From the NCBI GenBank assembly GCA_034429135.1, contig DAOUGR010000034.1, positions 12,503-76,502 on the forward strand: a stretch of DNA of 64,000 nt, given 5' to 3'. The position numbers and the translations under genes are program-made. The notes under the pieces are model-generated. The model saw only the letters and a list, made by a program, of their open reading frames with translations, was not told where the DNA came from and made no database searches. Position 1 is the first letter of the stretch. Each line of letters starts with the position of its first letter. Positions 57,215 through 64,000 of this stretch are shown here, in pieces. The stretch is from Anaerolineaceae bacterium (GTDB lineage Bacteria; Chloroflexota; Anaerolineae; Anaerolineales; Anaerolineaceae).

Positions 57215-60200
57215 GTGGAAACAAAAAGTTTAGTCGCACTACGAATCAATCTTGCATCACCCGAAACTATTCGCAGTTGGTCATACGGCGAAGTCCTTAA
57301 GCCAGAGACGATCAATTATCGTCGGCTGCGTCCAGAAAAGGATGGCCTTTTCTGTGAGGCGATTTTTGGACCTTCCCGAGACTATCAATGTTATTGTGGC
57401 AAGTATAAGAACCCGCGTTATAAAGGAATTGTGTGTGATAAATGTGGCGTGGAAGTGACCCGGTCGGCTGTGCGCCGTGAGCGTATGGGCCACATTGACC
57501 TGGCAACACCCGTCGCACATATCTGGTATACACGCAGGATTCCTTCATATCTGGGTCTATTGCTCGATATTTCACGGCGTAACCTCGACCGCGTTTTATA
57601 CTTTGCGCAATATATCGTCACATTCGTCGATGACGACGCACGCCAGAAAGCCTTGCGCCGCTTGGAAGACGAGATTCACGATTCTGAACGTGAGCAGGCC
57701 GCCAGGTTTAATGCTCAAATCCTGGAGGTTAAACAAAGCCGTGATAAGAAGGTCGCTGAGCTGCAGAACAGGCTAAAAGACATTGAAGCCCGCGCTGATG
57801 AAGAAATTGCCTCCAAACTCGAGCCTGTCATTCAAGAAGGTCAGTCTCTCGAGCGAACACTGACTGAAAAATCTGGCCAGACGATCAAGAAACAAATTTT
57901 ATTTGAAACGGCCAGCCTTGTAATTGCCGAGGCGGGCGATACCATCACCCCCAAACATATTGCCAATGTTCAAAAGGCAGTAAAAGAACGCCTTGAAGAA
58001 ATTGAAGGCGAATTCAAGAAACAACTCCAGCGAGACCGCGAACAGATCAAAATGTCTGTGGATCAGGTAAAGGCTGAAGCTGCCCTTGCTATGGAAGAAC
58101 TTCAAAATCAACTTGAAGATCAATCCACAGAAAATCATGACCAATCAGGTCAGCTGAGGGATGAACTGCAGGAACTGCGGCCGTTCACTTTTCTGACCGA
58201 AAGCCGTTACCGTGAACTAAAATCCCGCTGGGGGCAGGTCTTCCGCGCGGATATGGGTGCTGAAGCTTTCTATGATATTTTACGCCGTCTCGATCTTGAT
58301 AAACTCGCTGAAGATCTGTGGACTGAAGTGCGCACTTCAAAGAGTAAACAAAAGCGCAAAAAAGCAACCACTCGGTTGAAAGTCATCGAATCCTTCCGCC
58401 GTTCTGGAAATCGTCCTGAGTGGATGATTCTGACGGTTCTTCCTGTTATCCCGCCTGATTTGCGTCCGATGGTTCCATTGGATGGCGGCCGGTTTGCCAC
58501 GTCAGATATGAACGACCTTTATCGCCGTGTTATCAACCGCAACAACCGCTTGAAAAGGCTGTTGGAGCTGGGTGCACCAGATGTGATCGTTCGCAACGAG
58601 AAACGCATGCTTCAGGAAGCTGTAGATTCGCTGATTGATAATTCACAGCGTGGAAAGGCGCTTTCTCGCCGTGGCCGCCGTGAATTGAAGTCTTTGAGTG
58701 ACATGCTCAAGGGTAAGAAGGGGCGTTTCCGCCGCAACCTGCTTGGAAAGCGTGTCGATTACTCAGGCCGCTCTGTTATCGTTGTAGGCCCTAAACTCAA
58801 ACTTTATCAATGCGGTCTGCCAAAATCGATGGCGCTCGAGCTCTTCAAACCATTTGTGGTTGCCAGACTGGTTTCTCATAGCTATGCTGCAAATGTGAAA
58901 TCAGCCAAACGTTTGATTGAGCGCAATCGACCCGAGGTGTACGAAGTTCTTGAGGAGGTCATTAAAGAAAGACCCGTGCTCTTGAACCGCGCACCCACGC
59001 TTCACCGTCTTGGTATCCAGGCGTTCGAACCGATCCTGATCGAGGGTAGTGCGATTCAGCTTCATCCACTGGTAACCACCGCGTTCAACGCTGACTTTGA
59101 TGGTGACCAGATGGCTGTTCACGTGCCGCTTTCAGAAAAGGCTGTAAAAGAAGCCAGAAACCTGATGCTTTCTTCTAAGAACCTGCTCAAACCTGCAGAT
59201 GGTGAACCAATCATCAGCCCGGCAAAAGACATGGTTCTTGGTATCTATTATTTGACTGTAAAAGATGATCGACCGCATAAGGGAGATGGCAGAGTCTTTG
59301 CGGATATTGACGAGGTTGAACTTGCCTACCAGCTGGATCAGGTGGAGATCCATACCAAGATTAAGATTCGGATGAAGACCTGGTTCGATGATAATAACCG
59401 CCGTATGGCGAGCCCGGTAACCAAAATGCTCGATACAACAGTAGGGCGCGTATTGTTCAACCGCATCCTTCCGCCAGAGGTACAGTTTATTAACACCGTT
59501 CTTGAAAAGACCGGTGTCAAAGACCTGATTGCTGATGTCTATGATCTGTGTGGCGAGAAAACTACCACAGAGGTAGCTGATGCTATCAAGGATATCGGCT
59601 TTGAATATGCCATGAAATCTGGAACAACCATTGCGGTTGCTGATATTTCCATTCCTGAAGAGAAAACGGAAATTCTGGCAAAGGCGCAGGGTGAAGTTGA
59701 TAAGATCAATAAAGATTATCGCCGCGGACTGCTCAAAGAAGATGAGCGCGATAAACTGGTCATCGAAATCTGGCAAAAGACCACAGAAGAGGTCAGTAAA
59801 GCCGTTCGAAACGCGATGGATCCGACTGGTAACCTGTCAACCATGGCAAGTTCAGGTGCGACTAAAGGCGGATTTGGCCCAATTTCGCAGCTGGCTGGTA
59901 TGCGCGGTTTGATGGCTGACCCGTCAGGCCGTATCATCCGCTTACCGATTCAATCCAACTTCCGCGAAGGATTGACTGCGCTCGAATACTTCATTTCAAC
60001 GCATGGCGCAAGGAAAGGTCTCGCCGACACTGCGCTCCGTACTGCTGATGCAGGTTACCTGACCCGCCGTCTGGTTGATATTGCCCAGGATATCATTATC
60101 AACGAGGAAGATTGCGGTACTGAAGATGGCATCTGGATCCGAAAACAGGATGACGTTGCCGGTCAAAAGATGAAAGAACGTTTGTTTGGGCGTTCTGTTG

Positions 60201-61462
60201 CCGCGCGTATTGTCAACCCGAAAACCGGAGAGATCATCGCTGAGCGAAATGATATTTTAGACCATGATCTCATCCGAAAGGTCCTGGATGCAGGCGTTGA
60301 GAATGTTTTCGTCAGATCACCATTAACATGTGAACTCATTCACGGTATCTGCGCACGCTGCTATGGTATGGATCTTGGCCGTGGTGCACTCGTCACTCTG
60401 GGTTCAGCTGTGGGAACAGTGGCTGCCCAATCCATTGGTGAGCCTGGCACCCAGCTGACACTGCGTACTTTCCACTCCGGTGGTGTTGCTTCCAGTGGTG
60501 ATATTACAACCGGTTTACCGCGTGTGGAAGAATTGTTTGAAGCCCGGCGCACTCCTAAGGGTGAAGCGGTGATCACCGGAATTTCTGGTGTTGCCAAAAT
60601 CTTGCAGGCTGATCGAGTTGGAGACCAGAAACTGGTGCGTGTGGAACATAGCGAACTTGTTTCGGATGAGTATGAGATTCCTGCCGATTGGACGATTGTT
60701 GCTCAGGATGCTTCTGAGATCGAGGCTGGCGACCTGATCGCCAGTTTCGAAGCGGCTCAGATCACCGCCCAGCATTCTGGCAGAGTACGTGTGGAAGATC
60801 GGAAAGTGATTGTTTCATACGAACAGCGAGAAAGCGAAGATTATGAAATTCCGGGTACATCACGCCTGATCATCCGCGATGGAGCCCAGGTTGAAGCCGG
60901 TGAAGCACTGACCGAAGGATCCATCAATCCGCATACAATTCTTAAGATTAAAGGCCGTGAAGCCGCCCAGATGTATTTGCTCACAGAAATCCAGAAGGTG
61001 TACCGCGCACAAGGTCAGAACATCAATGATAAACACTTTGAAGTGATCATCCGCAAGATGATCGGCAAAGTTCAAGTCATCCGATCAGGTGATTCAAATT
61101 ACCTGCCGAGTGATGTGGTCGATCGACTCGAGATCAAGAAAGTAAATGAAAAGCTGCTTGCCGAAGGAAAACAGCCTGCGAAATTTGTGGAGATTCTGTT
61201 GGGTGTAACCAAAGCCTCGCTGAGCACCGAATCCTTCCTCTCAGCGGCATCCTTCCAACATACCATCAAGGTATTGGCAGGTGCGGCCATTGCTTCTGCT
61301 GAAGATCCTCTCTTTGGTTTGAAAGAAAACGTGATCATTGGTAAGTTGATTCCTGCCGGAACGGGTTTTGTTCATGGACGTTTCATACCGAAAGCTGAAC
61401 CAGAAGCAGCAGTTGAAGCTGTAGAAGAGGTTAAGACCCCTGAAGCAGGATCAGCTGAATAA
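57215..61462 (+). CDS. rpoC: DNA-directed RNA polymerase subunit beta-prime
   Basis: Zn finger CYCGKY...CDKCGVEV, catalytic NADFDGDQM, and trigger-loop/bridge-helix regions. The GTG at 57215 lies 5 nt after AGGAGG. Confidence 0.95.
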   Translation: METKSLVALRINLASPETIRSWSYGEVLKPETINYRRLRPEKDGLFCEAIFGPSRDYQCYCGKYKNPRYKGIVCDKCGVEVTRSAVRRERMGHIDLATPVAHIWYTRRIPSYLGLLLDISRRNLDRVLYFAQYIVTFVDDDARQKALRRLEDEIHDSEREQAARFNAQILEVKQSRDKKVAELQNRLKDIEARADEEIASKLEPVIQEGQSLERTLTEKSGQTIKKQILFETASLVIAEAGDTITPKHIANVQKAVKERLEEIEGEFKKQLQRDREQIKMSVDQVKAEAALAMEELQNQLEDQSTENHDQSGQLRDELQELRPFTFLTESRYRELKSRWGQVFRADMGAEAFYDILRRLDLDKLAEDLWTEVRTSKSKQKRKKATTRLKVIESFRRSGNRPEWMILTVLPVIPPDLRPMVPLDGGRFATSDMNDLYRRVINRNNRLKRLLELGAPDVIVRNEKRMLQEAVDSLIDNSQRGKALSRRGRRELKSLSDMLKGKKGRFRRNLLGKRVDYSGRSVIVVGPKLKLYQCGLPKSMALELFKPFVVARLVSHSYAANVKSAKRLIERNRPEVYEVLEEVIKERPVLLNRAPTLHRLGIQAFEPILIEGSAIQLHPLVTTAFNADFDGDQMAVHVPLSEKAVKEARNLMLSSKNLLKPADGEPIISPAKDMVLGIYYLTVKDDRPHKGDGRVFADIDEVELAYQLDQVEIHTKIKIRMKTWFDDNNRRMASPVTKMLDTTVGRVLFNRILPPEVQFINTVLEKTGVKDLIADVYDLCGEKTTTEVADAIKDIGFEYAMKSGTTIAVADISIPEEKTEILAKAQGEVDKINKDYRRGLLKEDERDKLVIEIWQKTTEEVSKAVRNAMDPTGNLSTMASSGATKGGFGPISQLAGMRGLMADPSGRIIRLPIQSNFREGLTALEYFISTHGARKGLADTALRTADAGYLTRRLVDIAQDIIINEEDCGTEDGIWIRKQDDVAGQKMKERLFGRSVAARIVNPKTGEIIAERNDILDHDLIRKVLDAGVENVFVRSPLTCELIHGICARCYGMDLGRGALVTLGSAVGTVAAQSIGEPGTQLTLRTFHSGGVASSGDITTGLPRVEELFEARRTPKGEAVITGISGVAKILQADRVGDQKLVRVEHSELVSDEYEIPADWTIVAQDASEIEAGDLIASFEAAQITAQHSGRVRVEDRKVIVSYEQRESEDYEIPGTSRLIIRDGAQVEAGEALTEGSINPHTILKIKGREAAQMYLLTEIQKVYRAQGQNINDKHFEVIIRKMIGKVQVIRSGDSNYLPSDVVDRLEIKKVNEKLLAEGKQPAKFVEILLGVTKASLSTESFLSAASFQHTIKVLAGAAIASAEDPLFGLKENVIIGKLIPAGTGFVHGRFIPKAEPEAAVEAVEEVKTPEAGSAE

Positions 61463-61496
61463 GTGAACGTGGTTACCATTTCTCATTGATAGACGA

Positions 61497-61527
61497 TACC
61501 CCGGAAAATCTTCCGGGGTGTCTTTTT
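61497..61527 (+). terminator. Rho-independent terminator after rpoC
   Basis: Stem taccccgga / tccggggtg with a 5-6-nt loop, followed by tcttttt. Confidence 0.6.
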
Positions 61528-61625
61528 AACCAGATAGACCTCCGAATATTGCTGAAGGAACAACTATCTTTTCAGGGGTAGTGTAAACTTAATAACGTAG
61601 ATAATTGCCAGATGGAGTAGAGCCA

Positions 61626-64000
61626 ATGGATATGGGACTTGTGCGGAAAGTTGACATAGATCATGAGATGCAGCAATCCTACCTGGATTACGCCATGAGT
61701 GTAATCGTATCGCGTGCTCTACCAGACGCGCGGGATGGGTTAAAACCGGTTCAGCGCCGCTTGCTGTATGCAATGTATGATATGGGGTTACGGCCTGATT
61801 CAGCTTATAAAAAATCAGCCAGGATCGTTGGTGAAGTATTGGGGAAATATCATCCTCATGGCGACCAGGCTGTTTATGAAGCTATGGCTCGAATGGCACA
61901 AGATTTCTCAATGCGTTATGTTCTGGTTGATGGGCAGGGAAATTTTGGCAGTGTGGATGGAGATCCGCCGGCAGCGATGCGCTACACTGAGGCGCGTACG
62001 ACTGCTTTTGCAATCGATCTGCTGAATCAAATCGATCGTGACACAGTAGATTTCGACAGTAATTTTGACGACACCCTCAAGGAACCTGTTGTTTTACCCG
62101 CCGCGATCCCCAATCTGCTGGTAAACGGTGCAGCGGGCATCGCAGTTGGCATGGCTACCAGTATTCCTCCGCATAATTTAGGAGAGGTCATCGATGCTTT
62201 AACGTTCATTCTTGAACACTGGCAAAAACTGGAAGAAATCACCGTGGGTGAATTGATGAAATTCATCCAGGGACCCGACTTTCCGACAGGCGGGATCATT
62301 CTTCAAGAGCACGAACAAAATGAAATCCTGGCTGCATATGCCACTGGCAAAGGGCGCATCACGCTGCGGGGAAGGGTAAACCTCGAGGAAATGGCACGGG
62401 GGAAGAGCCGGCTCATCATATCTGAACTTCCATACATGACCAACAAATCTGCGTTGATCGAACGCATTGCTGAACTCACACGCGGGGGGCAACTGGAGGG
62501 CATCTCTGATTTACGCGACGAATCTGATCGACATGGGATGCGCATAGTCATAGAGTTAAATAAATCGGCTGAAGCAGAGGACGTGCTGCGCGAGCTCTAC
62601 AAACGTACTCCACTGCAAGTAACCTATAGTATTAATTTGCTAGCGCTTGTTAACAATGAACCCAGACTCTTAACATTAAAACAGGCATTAAAGGTTTTCC
62701 TTGAGCATCGCATTGATGTGATAAAACGGCGCAGCGCGTATGACCTGCATAAGGCACAGGAGAGGATTCACATTCTTGAAGGTTTGCGTATTGCATTAAA
62801 GAATCTGGATGAAGTGGTGTCAATCATCCGCCGATCTGCTGATACTGACGATGCAAGGGATAAGCTGGTTAAGAAATTTAAGCTTTCAATCCTTCAGGCA
62901 AACGCAATATTGGATATGCCTTTAAAGAGGCTGGCAGCTCTCGAACGAAAGAAGATCGAACAGGAATACAAAGATCTTTTAGAATTCATCAAAGAATTAC
63001 AGGCGATCTTAAAATCACCGCTCAAGCAGCGACAAACGGTGGAGGCCGAGTTAAAAGAGGTAAAGGCGCGGTTTGCCGACAGACGAAAATCTCAGATCGT
63101 GTACCTGAAACAGGGTGAGTCGGCCGCTGAATTACTAACGGTTCGTGATGTCACACCAGTGGAATCGGTCTGGGTAGCAATGAGCGCAGATGGAAAGATT
63201 GGCAGGATGATGACGGAGAAACAGCCGCGGATGAGCGGCAGAGAAGCTCCCCATTTTCTTCTTAAAACGGATTCACACCAAACACTTTACCTGGTTAAAT
63301 CTGATGGACAGGCTGCTGCAGTTTCCATCCAAACGCTGCCATTAGTTGAAAACATAGAAGAAGGCACGCGATTTGATAAAGTATCACCACTGAGGGATGG
63401 AGGAATTCCTGTCGCCATGTTCACGGTACCACCAGGCAGCGGGACTGATCTGTGCGTGGTAACGCTCACCCGCCAGGGAATGATAAAAAAATCCCTTACG
63501 TCGGAATTAAAAGGACCCTCCTCTGACGCTTTTACACTGGTAAAAGTAAATGAAGGTGACGACCTGATCGAAGTCAATCTGATGAGAGACAATACCAATT
63601 ATCTGGTTGTCACACAGAAGGGAATGGCGATTCGATTTGAGGGTAGTGAAGTGCGCGCCATGGGGTTGATCGCAGCAGGAGTAAATGCCATAAAACTCTC
63701 ACCCGGCGACCAGGTAGTTGGGATGGTGGAAATCGCCGGCAAAGGAGAAGTGGTTCTGGTTGGATCGAATGGTATTGGCTGGCGTATTGAGCCTGAAGGA
63801 TTTCCCATCCAGGGCAGGTATGGTCAGGGGGTGATTGGCTGCCGGTTGGATGCGGGTGTTCAACTTGTTGGAGTGGTATTTGGGAAGAAAAATCAACAGT
63901 ACACGCTTCACTTTAAAAAGGGAGCGGCCAAAACGCTGCGAATTGATGAAATCGAGGTTACCCGCCGGGCTGGTAAAGGCGGGCTGCTGTGTAAATTGGC
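61626..64000 (+). CDS. gyrA: DNA gyrase subunit A (3-prime end beyond window)
   Basis: Own translation from the ATG at 61626: [50 protein letters not shown]...[26 protein letters not shown]...AAMRYTEAR (active-site Tyr). The frame stays open to the window end, so it is absent from the ORF track. Confidence 0.9.
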   Translation, partial: MDMGLVRKVDIDHEMQQSYLDYAMSVIVSRALPDARDGLKPVQRRLLYAMYDMGLRPDSAYKKSARIVGEVLGKYHPHGDQAVYEAMARMAQDFSMRYVLVDGQGNFGSVDGDPPAAMRYTEARTTAFAIDLLNQIDRDTVDFDSNFDDTLKEPVVLPAAIPNLLVNGAAGIAVGMATSIPPHNLGEVIDALTFILEHWQKLEEITVGELMKFIQGPDFPTGGIILQEHEQNEILAAYATGKGRITLRGRVNLEEMARGKSRLIISELPYMTNKSALIERIAELTRGGQLEGISDLRDESDRHGMRIVIELNKSAEAEDVLRELYKRTPLQVTYSINLLALVNNEPRLLTLKQALKVFLEHRIDVIKRRSAYDLHKAQERIHILEGLRIALKNLDEVVSIIRRSADTDDARDKLVKKFKLSILQANAILDMPLKRLAALERKKIEQEYKDLLEFIKELQAILKSPLKQRQTVEAELKEVKARFADRRKSQIVYLKQGESAAELLTVRDVTPVESVWVAMSADGKIGRMMTEKQPRMSGREAPHFLLKTDSHQTLYLVKSDGQAAAVSIQTLPLVENIEEGTRFDKVSPLRDGGIPVAMFTVPPGSGTDLCVVTLTRQGMIKKSLTSELKGPSSDAFTLVKVNEGDDLIEVNLMRDNTNYLVVTQKGMAIRFEGSEVRAMGLIAAGVNAIKLSPGDQVVGMVEIAGKGEVVLVGSNGIGWRIEPEGFPIQGRYGQGVIGCRLDAGVQLVGVVFGKKNQQYTLHFKKGAAKTLRIDEIEVTRRAGKGGLLCKL

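Noticed and set aside
59132-59776. 214-aa minus-strand ORF.
   Set aside because: It is antisense within rpoC and has no motifs. It is a shadow ORF.
1-64000. Searched for CRISPR arrays, IS elements or transposases, phage genes, restriction-modification, toxin-antitoxin pairs and known defence genes.
   Set aside because: No regularly spaced direct repeats, inverted-repeat-bounded transposase ORFs or recognisable defence, phage or TA motifs were seen. Gene density and content look like core chromosome.

Overview
This 64-kb window is very gene-dense: about 50 CDS, one tRNA, and no non-coding gap longer than about 170 bp. It reads as core chromosome, not an accessory island. I saw no CRISPR array, transposase, prophage block or recognisable defence or toxin-antitoxin genes.

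Gene content points to a Chloroflexota genome, probably Anaerolineae-like. This is inference only. It rests on the Chlor_Arch_YYY/DUF2298 giant membrane proteins, an isopentenyl-phosphate kinase next to mevalonate kinase in a bacterium, and many secreted proteins with Thr/Pro-rich linkers.

Confidently recognisable housekeeping genes:
- mutL, a Sir2 deacetylase, tilS and tRNA-Leu(CAG)
- queG
- ffh-rpsP-KH-rimM-dprA-manC-topA
- greA, a dGTPase-like HD protein, tlyA, lepA, cmk, rpoC and gyrA (open at the window end)
- an S41 protease N-terminus (open at the window start)

Regions worth a second look:
1. 38.8-51.6 kb: an operon of a flippase-like protein, an epimerase, a GT4, two giant membrane proteins carrying three YYY modules, and a PMT-like membrane protein. 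The function of this family is unknown. A DPPR-synthase-like UbiA / mevalonate kinase / IPK operon sits just upstream.
2. 9.5-14.1 kb: a STAS / RsbW-kinase / six-GAF PP2C partner-switching module with no sigma factor.
3. 6.8-7.7 kb: a Xer-like recombinase homologue that lacks the nucleophilic tyrosine.
4. 4.1-5.2 kb: a receiver-TadZ/CpaE-like protein abutting the sirtuin gene.
5. 16.9-20.6 kb: an M23 / PD40 / M23 lipoprotein triad.
6. 57.2-61.5 kb: an rpoC with no rpoB upstream and a coiled-coil insertion.

All functional calls come from motif recognition by eye in the supplied translations. No database search was run. Several start codons were moved from the ORF-track maximum to an internal ATG/GTG with a better ribosome-binding site or without overlap.
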